Below, one piece after another: positions 24,738 to 38,500 of a stretch of DNA of 64,000 nucleotides (its first letter is position 1; each line of letters opens with the position of its first letter). The stretch lies in the NCBI GenBank assembly GCA_905182755.1, contig CAJJCS010000001.1, forward strand, positions 12,945-76,944, in the 5' to 3' direction. The position numbers and the translations under genes are program-made. The stretch is from Aequorivita sp. HC6-5. GTDB taxonomy: Bacteria; Bacteroidota; Bacteroidia; Flavobacteriales; Flavobacteriaceae. The notes beneath the pieces were generated by a model that was not told the origin of the DNA, did not search any database, and saw nothing but the letters and a program-made list of their open reading frames with translations.

Positions 24738-24755
24738 AACTATTTACAGAAGGTT

Positions 24756-26240
24756 TTAGCTTAAAGAAAACGAAGTTCCTTCTTTACCATCTTTTAATTG
24801 TATGCCTACCTGTTGCAAATCATCACGTATTTTATCGCTAGTTGCAAAATCCTTGTTATTGCGTGCTTGGTTGCGCAGTTCTATTAACAATTCAATGGCT
24901 CCAGATAGTTTATCATCATTTCCTGCCTCCATAGAAGTTTCATCTGTAAGGCCAAGTACATCAAATATAAACCCATGCATTGTTTTTTGTAAAACCTGCA
25001 AATCTTCTTTGGTAATTGATGCTTTTGCTTCTTTTAGTGTATTTATATGCTTAACGGCCTCAAAGAGTTGTGCAATTAATATAGGGCTGTTAAAATCATC
25101 ATTCATGGCATCATAGCAGGACTGTCTCCAGGTAGTTATATCTATACTAGAGCGCTCGCTGTGAGATATCTCACCTATGCTTTTATAGGCGTCCATTAGT
25201 TTGTTATATCCCTTTTCACTGGCAATTAAGGCATCATTACTAAAATCAAGGATACTTCTGTACTGGGCTTGATACATAAAAAATTTAGCAACCCCGGGAG
25301 AAAACGATTTGCTTAATACAGTATTGTTTCCAGAAAATAATTCAGCGGGAAGAATATTGTTTCCTGTAGATTTTGCCATTTTCTTACCATTTAGGGTAAG
25401 CATGTTGGCGTGCATCCAGTAATTTACAGGAGATTTTTTATGAATGGCTTCACTTTGTGCTATTTCACATTCATGGTGCGGAAATTTTAAATCCATACCG
25501 CCTCCATGGATATCAAATTGTTGTCCAAGATATTTTGTACTCATGGCTGTACACTCTAGGTGCCAGCCAGGAAAACCTTCACTCCAAGGAGATGCCCAGC
25601 GCATGATATGTCCTGGTTCGGCTTTTTTCCAAAGGGCAAAGTCTTGTGGGTTTTTCTTTTCAGATTGCCCCGCCAAAGCTCTTGTGTTACTAATCATATC
25701 CTCAAGATTTCTACCACTAAGTTTTCCGTAATGGTGGTCTTTATTGAATGTAGTAACATCGAAATATACAGAACCATTTACTTGGTATGCATAACCTTGT
25801 TTTATTATTTGTTCTATAATTTCAATTTGTTCTATAATGTGTCCTGTGGCAGTGGGTTCAATACTTGGTGGTAGGGCATTAAACTTTGCCATAGTTTGGT
25901 GAAAATCTACGGTGTATTTTTGCACCACCTCCATAGGTTCTATGTTCTCCAACTTTGCTTTCTTTGCTATTGGATCCTCGCCGCTCTCTCCATCGTTTTC
26001 TAGGTGTCCTGCATCTGTAATGTTACGTACATACCTAACTTTATAATCAAGGTGTTTTAAGTACCTAAAAACCAAATCAAAAGATAAAAATGTTCTACAA
26101 TTTCCCATATGTACATTGCTGTAAACAGTGGGTCCACAAACATACATTCCTACCGCTCCTTTGTTAATAGGGCTAAACTTCTCTTTCTTTTTTGAAATAG
26201 AATTATAGATAAAAAGTGTTTGTGTTTTATGTAGTGCCAT
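24756..26240 (-). CDS. cysS: Cysteine--tRNA ligase
   Basis: [37 protein letters not shown]; ATG 26240 chosen as start. Confidence 0.97.
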   Translation of the reverse strand: MALHKTQTLFIYNSISKKKEKFSPINKGAVGMYVCGPTVYSNVHMGNCRTFLSFDLVFRYLKHLDYKVRYVRNITDAGHLENDGESGEDPIAKKAKLENIEPMEVVQKYTVDFHQTMAKFNALPPSIEPTATGHIIEQIEIIEQIIKQGYAYQVNGSVYFDVTTFNKDHHYGKLSGRNLEDMISNTRALAGQSEKKNPQDFALWKKAEPGHIMRWASPWSEGFPGWHLECTAMSTKYLGQQFDIHGGGMDLKFPHHECEIAQSEAIHKKSPVNYWMHANMLTLNGKKMAKSTGNNILPAELFSGNNTVLSKSFSPGVAKFFMYQAQYRSILDFSNDALIASEKGYNKLMDAYKSIGEISHSERSSIDITTWRQSCYDAMNDDFNSPILIAQLFEAVKHINTLKEAKASITKEDLQVLQKTMHGFIFDVLGLTDETSMEAGNDDKLSGAIELLIELRNQARNNKDFATSDKIRDDLQQVGIQLKDGKEGTSFSLS

Positions 26241-26329
26241 TTTTTTATTGCTAGATGCGTTTACTTTAAGTATGCTTCTGTGTATTATCAATTACTATTG
26301 AGCATGCTATTTTCTAAAGTATAAAGCTA

Positions 26330-27007
26330 CTAAAAAGAAGTGTCAAATTTAATATAATCTAAAAACTCTCTTTTAGTGTTTACATTTTTAAAGGCGCCAC
26401 CAAACTCGCTAGTTACTGTGCTGCAATCTACATCACGAATTCCTCTTGAGTTTACACACAAATGTTTTGCGTCAATTATGCAGGCAACATCCTGAGTATT
26501 TAATACCTTTTGCAGCTCTTTTACAATCTGTATAGTTAGGCGCTCTTGGACTTGTGGCCTTTTAGCATAGTAGTCTACAATTCGGTTCATTTTACTAAGT
26601 CCAACAACAGTCCCGTTTGATATGTATGCAATGTGTGCTTTTCCAACAATAGGAAGTAAATGATGCTCACAGGTAGAGTATAAAGAGATATTTTTCTCTA
26701 CCAGCATTTCATTATACTTATATTTATTTTCAAAAGTGGATGCTTTTGGTTTTCTATCTGGGTGTAAGCCGCCAAATATTTCACTCACAAACATTTTGGC
26801 AACTCTTTTTGGAGTGTCTTTTAGGCTGTCATCAGTAAGATCGAGGCCCAAAGTATTCATGATGCGCTCTACATCTTGAGTAATACTATCTATTTTATCT
26901 GCATCACTGATGTCAAAAGCATCTGCTCTTAGCGGAGTTTCTTGACTTGCACTTTGGTGATCCAAATGATTTTCTTCTGAAATTTGAAGCTCGTTTTTTA
27001 TTCCCAT
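26330..27007 (-). CDS. folE: GTP cyclohydrolase I
   Basis: TPKRVAKM, CEHHLLP, GLSK, QVQERLT, HLCVNSRG; -7 element TATCTTTG on the minus strand at 27041-27048. Confidence 0.96.
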   Translation of the reverse strand: MGIKNELQISEENHLDHQSASQETPLRADAFDISDADKIDSITQDVERIMNTLGLDLTDDSLKDTPKRVAKMFVSEIFGGLHPDRKPKASTFENKYKYNEMLVEKNISLYSTCEHHLLPIVGKAHIAYISNGTVVGLSKMNRIVDYYAKRPQVQERLTIQIVKELQKVLNTQDVACIIDAKHLCVNSRGIRDVDCSTVTSEFGGAFKNVNTKREFLDYIKFDTSF

Positions 27008-27154
27008 TTCTTATAATTTGTAATATCTTAAATACAGATGCAAAGATAATAAAATACCTATATGCAATCTACCTATTAAGGGCCATTATTTTATGGTACA
27101 ATATAGTTGTGTTTTCATAAAATTTTCTTAATTTTCAAACGTTATTTATGCGCT

Positions 27155-30100
27155 ATGAAAAAACTGAATTTAGGTAATTTACTACTACTTATAGCAATGC
27201 TTTTGCTTGCTTTTACAAATGCATTTTCACAAGGCCCTGGCTGTCCTAATGTATACGCTGGTGAAGACGCCAATGTGAACTGCGCAGGTGGCGGTTGTGT
27301 TGATTTATCTGCAACCTTTCTTGAAACTGGTGAGACAACTAGTTACGAAGTCACACCAATACCATACGAGCCCTTTCCTTTTATAGGCGGTACAGCTGTA
27401 TCTGCAGATACAGATGATGTTTGGTCACCAGCTATTGATTTGCCTTTTAATTTTTGTTTTTTTGGTGGCACATATGATGAAATTAACATAGGTTCTAACG
27501 GAGTAATTTCTTTTGATATTGAAAATATTTCTGTCTTGAAGGGTCCAGCTGCAATTTAATGCATCTATTCCTAGCCCAGCATTGTTTAGAAACACTATTT
27601 TTGGTGTGTATATGGATGTTAATCCAGCGCCTAGTCCACCAACTTCAACCATAAACTATCAAGTTTTGGGTGAAGCTCCTTGCCGTACCATGGTAGTGAG
27701 TATGCCAAACATATTTTACTTTGGATGTAATGAACTGCGCTTAACCTCACAGATGGTTATTTATGAGACCACCAATGTGGTAGAAGTTTATGTGTTAGAT
27801 AGACCTTCTGGTTGTTTCTGGAATGATGGTAATGCCGTTATTGGTATTCAGAACCAGGCAGGTAATCAAGGATATACTCCTCCAGGGCGTAACACTGGAG
27901 ATTGGTCTGCAAACTCTGAAGCCTGGCGTTTTACTCCAAATGGCCCATCAAATGTTGCTTTTGAGTGGTTGGATTCTGCAGGAGAGGTTATCGGAAATAC
28001 CCCAGACATTACTGTATGTCCAACTGAGGCAGAAGTCTATACGGCCCGTGCATCATACCTTAACTGTGATGGTGCTATCACTGTTGTTACAGGATGACGT
28101 ATTAATCACTACTTCAAACCCTTTTACGTTAGATTTGGGAGAAGATCAACAAACATGTGATGCTACTGTCGTTTTATTAACTGCAGATACAGCTGGGACT
28201 CCAGGTCTTTCTTACCAGTGGTTTTACAATACAGTATCTCAAGGGCCAAGCACCGTTGGAGATGATACTTTTACAGTTACTGCTCCAAACTCTGGTGTTT
28301 ATACTGTAGAGGTTTTTGACCCTGCAGACACCACATGTGTCTTATCAGATGAGATTAACATTACTTTTAATAATCAACCTATTGCCAATACCCCTGATGA
28401 TTTATTTCAGTGTGATAATGGCATCAATGCAGGTGTTTTTGATTTAACCGTTAATGATGCGGTTGTTTTAGGTGCTCAAGTACCTACAGATTTTGTAATC
28501 ACCTATCATAATAGTTTGTTTGACGCTGGTAGTGGCGCCTCACCTATTTTAAATCCAACAACCTACCTTATAACGGGTACAGTAGAGCAAATATTTGTAC
28601 GTATAGTAGATAGCACTGGTACTTGTTTTGATACAGAGTCATTTTTTATCAACTTTTTTCCAATTAGTGTATCTCTTGGAGAGGACATAGAAACCTGTTC
28701 TACTGATGATATTATTCTTACTGCAGATACTGCTGGGGCTGTTGGACTTTCGTATCAGTGGTTTTACAACGCAGTTTCTCAGGGCCCAAGTACTCTTGGG
28801 GATGATAATTTTACAGTGACTTTCCCAAACTCAGGAACGTACAGTGTTGAAGTTTTTAACACCTTAGATGCAACGTGTATTGTTACAGATCAAGTAGAGG
28901 TTACATATAATAACCAGCCCATAGCCAACCAGCCTGATGATTTGTTTCAGTGCGATAATGGTATTAATACAGGCATTTTTGATTTAACCGTGAATGATGT
29001 AATTGTTTTAGGCGCTCAAATACCTGCAGATTTTAACATAAGCTATCACAATACTGCTGCAGATGCTAGTAGTGGTGCTTCCCCTATTTTAAATCCAACA
29101 ACATATCTTATAACGGGTACGGTAGAGCAAATATTTGTTCGTATTGTAGATACCACAGGTACTTGTTTTGATACAGAGTCTTTTTCATCAACTTTTTTCC
29201 AATTACTGTATCTTTAGGCGAAGATCAAGAAACCTGTACTACAAATGATATTACCCTAACTGCAAATGCTGCAGGAGTTGTTGGACTTTCGTATCAGTGG
29301 TTTTACAATGCAGTTTCTCAAGGTCCAAGTACTATTGATGCTATTACTTTTACGGTAACGGCTCCAAATTCTGGAACGTATAGCGTTGAAGTTTTTAATC
29401 CCTTAGATGCAACCTGTATCGTTACAGATCAAGTAGAGGTTACTTATCTGGATCCCCCTGTAGCAAACCAGCCCGATGATTTATTTCAGTGTGATGATGG
29501 TGATCAACACAGGTATTTTTGATTTATCGGTTAATGATGCTGTTGTGCTAGGTACACAAGATCCATTAGATTTTGAAATTAGTTATCATAACACAGCCCC
29601 AGATGCTGCAAGTGGCGCAGCACCTATACTTAATTCAGCTGCATACCCTATCACAGGAGCTGTTGAGGAAATATTTGTACGCATAGAGACTGCAGATCAA
29701 ACAGATGCTTTTTTAGAAGATTTTGGGACAGGTCTTGGTAGGGTAACACATCCATATACAAACCAGACATTTAACGGAGCAGGAGGGATGAATCCCAACG
29801 ATTATGTTGTAACAAATACCTCTACAGACCTTAATCCTGGTTGGCATCAAGATATGGAAGACTATACCGTTGGTGATACAAATGGTAGAATGATTTTCTT
29901 TGATGTCTCTGAAGATGTAAACCAAATAGAACTATACAGAAGAGATTTTACAGTTCCGGCTAATACAGATCATATCTTTGATTTCTCGATGACCACTATG
30001 TATGACACAGATACTAATTTGTGTTCAGGCACTGGAGTTCCCTCCAGACTTATCTACCAAGTTCAAGATGCCTTTGGAGCTGTCTTGGCAACAACAACAA

Positions 30101-33100
30101 CTGGTATTGTTGAAAATGGTCCAAATCCAGATTGGAATACCTACGCGATTAATTTTAATACCGGAGTTAATACAACAATTCAAATAGTATTGCTAAATGA
30201 TTTTTTTGGTGCCTGCGGAAATGATTTGGTTATCGATGATATTAACGTTATTAGTTTAAATACCTGTTCTGAAACAGCTTCATTTTTCATCAATTTTTTT
30301 CCTGTCAGTGTTACCTTGGGCGATGATCAAGAGACTTGTACTACAGATGATATTATCTTAACTGCAGATACCGCTGGTGCTCCAGGGCTTTCTTACCAGT
30401 GGTTTTACAATACGGTACCTCAAGGTCCAAGCACCGTTGGTGATAATACATTCACTGTTTCTTCTCCAAACTCTGGAACGTATAGCGTTGAGGTCTTTGA
30501 TCCTATAGATTTAACCTGTGTTGCCTCAGATGAAATAGAAATATTATACAATTTACAACCTATTGCCAACGAGCCTGATGATTTATTTCAGTGTGATGAT
30601 GGAAATAATACGGGTATTTTTGATTTAACGGTTAATGATGCTGTTGTTTTAGGTGCTCAAGACCCTACAGAGTTTGTAATAAGTTACCATAATTCTGCTG
30701 CAGATGCTGCAAGTGGAACTGCGCCCATTGTTGCTTCTGGAGCGTATCTTATTACTGGAGTATTAGAGCAAATTTTTGTACGTATAGAAAATGCAACAGG
30801 AACTTGTTTTGCTACAGAATCATTTTTATTAAATTTTGCGCCTGTTTTTGCTGGCCCTATGACAGATATAGGCTTCTGTGATTTAGATGGGGATGGATTT
30901 CTTTCCGTTAACCTTCCAGAGTTAAAAGACGCTGAAGCTCTAGGTGTTCAAGATCCAATTTTCTTTGAAGTTACCTATCACAATACCCTTAATGATGCTA
31001 ATACAGATGTAAATCCATTACCGCCAAATTATACCGTTTTTGCTCCTGGTGAAACTATTTTTGTTCGTGTTGAAAGTTTAGACACGTCAACTTGTTTTGC
31101 TGTTAACAGTTTTGATATTTCTATTGTTGTTGCTCCTGGAGCCACCATTCCAACCAAGTATAATATTTGTGACGAGTTACCCAATGATGGTTTTGGTATT
31201 TTCGATTTAACGACCAAAGATCTAGAGATTACCGGAGGTAACCCAGATGCAGTAGTGTCTTACTATCTTACTTTTGCTCAGGCTCTTGCAGGAACTCCTG
31301 CTATTGCTCCTGCCGATGCATTTATTAATACAGTACAAGGTTTTCAAGTAGTATATGCACGTGTAGATAATATAAACGCCACGGATTGTTCTAACATTGT
31401 ACCCTTAGAGTTGCAGGTTAATGATGCTCCTGCCATTACAGATCCAATTACTGATTATTTTGTGTGTGATTTGGACGGTAACGGTATTGAGACTTTTGAT
31501 TTAACGAGCAAGGATGAGGAGATTTTAAATTCTTTGGTAGATGTTACTTTAAGCTATCATGAGAATTTTGCAGATGCAGAAGCTGGGTTATTTCCTATCA
31601 CTCCTGCCACGGGGTATGTAAGTCCTTCTGCTACTATTTGGGTACGCGCTGTAAACTATGAGGATGGAGATATTTCTAATGCTGCTTTGTGTGTTACTAT
31701 AGGACAGTTTGATTTAATTTTAGGAGAGACTCCTTCTTTTAATATTATCCCAGAGATTGTAGCGTGTGATGATGAGATTGCTGATGGTATTACTGAGTTT
31801 GATTTAAACAGTTACAATGAGATTATCACTGGTGGTAATCCAGATGTTACTGTCACGTATCATGCCACCCAGGAGTTTGCCCAAGACGGTATTCCTGCCT
31901 TGCCTGTATTTTACACCAACACGACCAACCCTGAAGATATTTGGGTACGTGTTAGTGATGTAAGTGGTTGTTATGGTATTTTCATGAGTTCTTTGGTTGT
32001 TGTGCCTCGTCCAGAGATATTTGAGCCCTTGCCACTTATATACTGTGATGATGATAACGATGGTTTTGGGACCTTTATATTAACGGATGCCGATGAGCAG
32101 GTAGTAGGAGGTAACCCAGCGGGTAACCTTCAAGTTAGTTACCATGTTACATTATCTGATGCTATAAACGGGGTATTGCCTTTAGTTAGTCCTTATGATA
32201 ATGAGGTTCCTTTTGATCAGATTATCTATGTTCGATTGTTTGATATTGCTTCGGGATGTTATAACACCACGATTCTGCATTTACTAGTAGAGGAGCGTCC
32301 AGCCATTACCGACCCACAGCCTTTGGTTGTTTGTGATACAGATGGAGACGGCATTGCTGTTTTTAATTTAACCTCTGCAGAGCCTGATATGCTTCAAGGC
32401 TTAACGGGCGGCCCTTATGTTGTGTCTTACTTTACAGACATGGCGATGACTAGTGCTATTGTGAACCCTTTTAGTTTCAGCAATAGTGTGAACCCTCAGA
32501 CGATATATGTTACTGTTAGTGATACCAATAATGATTGTGAGAGTTTAACTACCTTAGAGCTACGTGTTGAGATCCCGCCACTGCTTGTCAATCCAACGCC
32601 ACTGGAGCTTTGTGACCAGACCGATATTCTAGGGCCTGATGATGAGCTGGAGATTTTTGATTTAACCAGTAGGATAGCAGAGATAACAGGCGGAGATTTA
32701 AGTGTATCTGTTAGCTTCTTTGAGAGTTTTGCAGATTTGCAAGGTAACACCAACGCTATTGCAGCTCCAACAGCCTACCAAAATATAATTGGCGGTGTTG
32801 TTCAAAACCCTCAGACTATATGGATACGCGCCCAGGATGTAAACACCTCTTGTGTTATCGATACAGGTGTTGTAACCTTAGATTTGATTGTAAATCCACT
32901 TCCTTCACCAATACTACCAACGCCACTGGAGATTTGTGATATAGACAATGATGGTTTTGGCGAGTTTACCTTGACCGATAAAGATATTGAGATTATTGGC
33001 GGTGAGCCAGGAGTAATCGTTAGCTATCACGAGACGTTGAGTGATGCTCAGAATAACATATTCCCAATAGGGAGTCCTTACCAAAATATAGTAGCCAATC

Positions 33101-35449
33101 TTCAGTTTGTTTATGTACGTGCTACCTATGATGATGTTCCTCCTGCGTTAGGTACAGGTTGCTGGCGTGTTGTCAAGCTAGAGCTTGTTGTAAACCCAAC
33201 ACCTATCGTACCGATAGATTTAGAACCAATTATAGCCTGTGATCCAGATATGGATGGTTTTGAGGTGTTTGATCTCACCCAACGCGCAGCTATCATTTAC
33301 GGTACTCAGGATGTAAGTCAGTACTCGTTAAGTTACTATTTAAGTGAGGTAGATGCCACAGCAGGCACCCCAGCTATTGCAAGTCCAAACACTTTTACCA
33401 ATACTGTTAACTCCACTACAAACTATTTGGATCCGTTTGGAGAATGTAGATAGTGGCTGTTTTAAGTTGGGTAGTTTTGATATCCAGGTTGTTGATGGCC
33501 CCGAGGTTATACAACCCAACGCGTTTAACAAGTGTGATGATTTGGGAGAACCCTTTGATGGTATTACGACCTTTGATTTAACAACTCAGGATGCTATTAT
33601 TACAGCAGGCGAGCCGTCTGTAGGAGTACAGTATTATGAGACCCTTGCCAACGCGCAGGCAGATATTGATGCTATTAACCCTGCCACGGCGTATGTAAAC
33701 CAGGTAAACTTGCAAACGATTTATGTTCGTGTTACCGATGGTAATAGTTTATGTGTAGATACAAGTGTTACCCTTACCCTAAGGGTATTGCCAAACCCTC
33801 AGCCAGAACAGCCAGATCCTATTGCGCTTTGTGATACAGATGGTGATGGTCAGCAGGTGTTTGATTTAACCATTAGAGCTGCACAGATTTTAGATGGTGA
33901 GACGTATGATTTACTGTACTATGAGACAGAGCTGTTAGCTATAGACGGCGCGCCAGGCACACAGATTGTAGATCCTACGGCGTATACCAATACTAGTAAC
34001 CCTCAGGATATTTACATACGTGTTACCAACCCTGGTTCAGACGCTTTGTGTTTTGAGATAGTTGTTTTAACGATATCTGTAAACACGCTTCCAGATGATG
34101 GTGTTTTATTGGATGATTATGAGATCTGTGAGCTTCCCTTTGATGGTATTTCTATTTTTGATTTAACGACAAAGATTCCAGAGATATTGGTGGGTCAAGA
34201 TATGGTTAACAATGTGGTTAGTTTTTATGTCACCCCGGCAGATGCTACAGCAGGTGTAAACCCAATTCCAATACCTACCACGTACCAAAACATCACTAAT
34301 CCTCAGGCTATCTATGTAGGTATTACTAATACGGCTACGGGATGTTATATAGGCGGCGTTCAGTTTTTCAACATTGAGGTGAAGCCAGGAGCTACAGCTA
34401 CAGCGCCATTGCTTGCTTACACCTTGTGTGATCAAGAGGGAGAAAATGACGGTTTTACAAGTTTTGATTTAACCCTTCAGAGTTTATTGGATGAGATTTT
34501 AAATGGTCAAGACCCTTTAGATTATCTATTGACCTTCCACGAGACATTAGCCAATGCTATGGACGCAGAGAATCCTTTGGGTGCTAGTTATACCAATATT
34601 ATCAACCCTCAGATTATTTATGCAAGGGTAGAGAACGCGTCTTCTGGCTGTTATGATGTTGTAGAAGTAATCTTGAAGGTAAATCAATTACCGGTAATTA
34701 CCCTAGAGGAGAGTTATAGATTGTGTGTTGATCAAAATGGTCTTCCTATTGCCTCAGACCAGGGAGCAGCCTCACCACCAGTTATAGATACAGCTCTAGA
34801 TGATACCCTGTATAGCTTTGAGTGGAGTATAGATGGTGTTGTTCAAGTAGGAGAGAGTGGCGCTAGTATTATAGCCACTACAGGCGGGGTGTATCAGGTA
34901 AATATTACACAGTTATCAAGTGGCTGCCAGACAGTAGTTAGTACTACGGTAACGGTATCACAGGCTCCGGTTACGTGGAGTTTTAATTTACTTAACGGGG
35001 CTTTTGCTGATAACCACAGTGTAGAGATATTGGCCGAGGGTCTTGGCGAGTATGTGTATAGTATAGATGGCGGACCCTTCCAGGAGAGTAATGTGTTTAG
35101 TAATGTATCTCCAGGGGTGCATACTATTACCATAAAAGATGCCAATGGTTGTGGAGAGGTTAGCTTTGATATAGGCGTTGTGGATTACCCTGATTACTTT
35201 ACACCCAATAACGATGGATACCACGATACTTGGAATATAATAGGCATTGCAGAGTTTGATGCTACGGCAAATATTTACATCTTTGACCGCTACGGGAAAC
35301 TGCTCAAGCAAATTAGTCCACTGTCGCCAGGATGGGATGGAACCTATAATGGTAATGCATTACCATCGAGTGATTATTGGTTTAGAGTAGAGTACACAGA
35401 ACAAGGAATACAGAAAGAGATTAGAGGACATTTCAGTTTGAAGAGATAA
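27155..35449 (+). CDS. Giant T9SS type-B CTD surface protein 1 (~2760 aa; split by about 5 frameshifts)
   Basis: Signal peptide (AFS-Q); NIDO-like tip (DDVWS..LPFNFCFFG..IGSNG); Ig-like and CD.D...FDL repeats; CTD YPDYFTPNNDGYHDTW..IFDRYGKLL..WDG..LPSSDYWF..GHFSLKR. Confidence 0.9.
31144..35449 (+). repeat. Shared C-terminal stalk+CTD block, copy 1
   Basis: Near-identical nucleotide sequence to 45690-49995 and (from ~31405) to 54414-58460. Confidence 0.95.
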
Positions 35450-35513
35450 GAAAAAATATTTTTTTAATTTAATATAAATCTTTAGCCTACTAAAGAAATT
35501 TATTTGTCATAAT

Positions 35514-38500
35514 ATGAAACATATTAAGCATATTTATTTACTTTTCACTTGGTTATTATTATTTCCTTTTGTTACTATTTATTCACAAGGTCCTGGGTGT
35601 CCTAATGTTGATGCTGGTCTAGATGTTAATATTGATTGTGCAGGTGGCGGTTGTGTTGATTTATCTGCAACCTTTCTTGAAACTGGTGAGACAACTAGTT
35701 ATGATGTAACCCCCATCCCCTACGCTCCTTTTCCTTTCGTCGGCGGTACTAATGTTTCTGTAGGTGATGATGATGTTTGGTCTCCAGCAATTAATTTGCC
35801 TTTTAATTTTTGTTTTTTTGGTGGCACTTATGATGAAATTGTTATTGGATCTAACGGTGTTGTTTCTTTTGATTTAATTTCAAACCCCCCAAATGGCTTC
35901 TGTCAATGGGGTTTTACTAATTCTATACCAAGTACAGGATTATTTAGAAACACCATATTTGGTGTTTATATGGATGTTGATCCAGCCTGTTAGCCCAATT
36001 TCATCAACTATAAATTATCAAGTTATAGGTAGCGCACCCTGTAGAACAATGGTAATTAGTATTCCTAACGTCAATTATTACAACGGAATAGGAGATGTTG
36101 GTTGTAATAATCAAAGTTTAACTTCACAAATAGTTCTTTACGAAACAACTAATGTTGTAGAAGTTTACGTGCTTGAAAGACCTTCTGGTTGTTCATGGAA
36201 TAGTGGTAATGCTGTTATTGGAATCCAAGATGGAACAGGTGACTTTAGGGTATACACCTCCAGGTAGAAATACCGGTGATTGGTCTGCAAGTTGGAGGCC
36301 TGGCGTTTCACTCCAAATGGCTTATCAAATATAAATTTTAATTGGTTAGATAGTACGGGTGCTGTTGTTGGTTCTACTCCAACACTTAGTGTGTGTCCAT
36401 CTGATACAGAAATATATACGGCCAGAGCGTCCTATCTTAATTGTGATGGTCAAGTTACGGTTGTAACAGATGATGTTACAGTTACAACTTCGGAAATTAT
36501 CAGTGTAGACTTAGGATTGGATCTTCAGACGTGTACTACAGATGATATTTTATTAACGGCCGATACAGCTGGTGCAGTAGGACTTTTTTACCAGTGGTTT
36601 TTCAATGGTGTTTCCCAGGGTCCAAGTACTATTGATGATAGTACATTTACAGTTACTGCTCCAAACTCAGGAACATATAGTGTAGAGGTTTTTAATTCTT
36701 TAGACACTAGCTGTATTGTTATAGATTCTGTAGAAGTTTTATATAAGGATCAGCCTATAGCCAATGCGCCTGATGATTTATTTCAGTGTGATGATGGTGT
36801 AAACGCAGGTATTTTCGATTTAACGGTCAATGACGCTGTTGTATTGGGCGCTCAAGACCCAGCAGATTATGTTATTAGCTATCACAACAGTGCAGCAGAT
36901 GCCGCAGCAGACCTAGCTGCCATTACTACACCTACTGCGTATTTAATTACAGGCACAGTAGAGGAGATTTTTGTACGTATAGAGGATAGTACGGGTACTT
37001 GTTTTGCTACAGATTCTTTTTTCCTCAACTTTTTTCCAATCAGTGTAGACTTAGGATTGGATCTTCAGACGTGTACTACAGATGATATTTTATTAACGGC
37101 CGATACAGCTGGTGCAGTAGGACTTTTTTACCAGTGGTTTTTCAATGGTGTTTCCCAGGGTCCAAGTACTATTGATGATAGTACATTTACAGTTACTGCT
37201 CCAAACTCAGGAACATATAGTGTAGAGGTTTTTAATTCTTTAGACACTAGCTGTATTGTTATAGATTCTGTAGAAGTTTTATATAAGGATCAGCCTATAG
37301 CCAATGCGCCTGATGATTTATTTCAGTGTGATGATGGTGTAAACGCAGGTATTTTCGATTTAACGGTCAATGACGCTGTTGTATTGGGCGCTCAAGACCC
37401 AGCAGATTATGTTATTAGCTATCACAACAGTGCAGCAGATGCCGCAGCAGACCTAGCTGCCATTACTACACCTACTGCGTATTTAATTACAGGCACAGTA
37501 GAGGAGATTTTTGTACGTATAGAGGATAGTACGGGTACTTGTTTTGCTACAGATTCTTTTTTCCTCAACTTTTTTCCAATCAGTGTAGACTTAGGATTGG
37601 ATCTTCAGACGTGTACTACAGATGATATTTTATTAACGGCCGATACAGCTGGTGCAGTAGGACTTTTTTACCAGTGGTTTTTCAATGGTGTTTCCCAGGG
37701 TCCAAGTACTATTGATGATAGTACATTTACAGTTACTGCTCCAAACTCAGGAACATATAGTGTAGAGGTTTTTAATTCTTTAGACACTAGCTGTATTGTT
37801 ATAGATTCTGTAGAAGTTTTATATAAGGATCAGCCTATAGCCAATGCGCCTGATGATTTATTTCAGTGTGATGATGGTGTAAACGCAGGTATTTTCGATT
37901 TAACGGTCAATGACGCTGTTGTATTGGGCGCTCAAGACCCAGCAGATTATGTTATTAGCTATCACAACAGTGCAGCAGATGCCGCAGCAGACCTAGCTGC
38001 CATTACTACACCTACTGCGTATTTAATTACAGGCACAGTAGAGGAGATTTTTGTACGTATAGAGGATAGCACTGGTACTTGTTTTGCTACAGATTCTTTT
38101 TTCCTTAACTTTTTTCCAATCAGTGTAGACTTAGGATTGGATCTTCAGACGTGTACTACAGATGATATTTTATTAACGGCCGATACAGCTGGTGCAGTAG
38201 GACTTTTTTACCAGTGGTTTTTCAATGGTGTTTCCCAGGGTCCAAGTACTATTGATGATAGTACATTTACAGTTACTGCTCCAAACTCAGGAACATATAG
38301 TGTAGAGGTTTTTAATTCTTTAGACACTAGCTGTATTGTTATAGATTCTGTAGAAGTTTTATATAAGGATCAGCCTATAGCCAATGCGCCTGATGATTTA
38401 TTTCAGTGTGATGATGGTGTAAACGCAGGTATTTTCGATTTAACGGTCAATGACGCTGTTGTATTGGGCGCTCAAGACCCAACAGATTATGTTATTAGCT

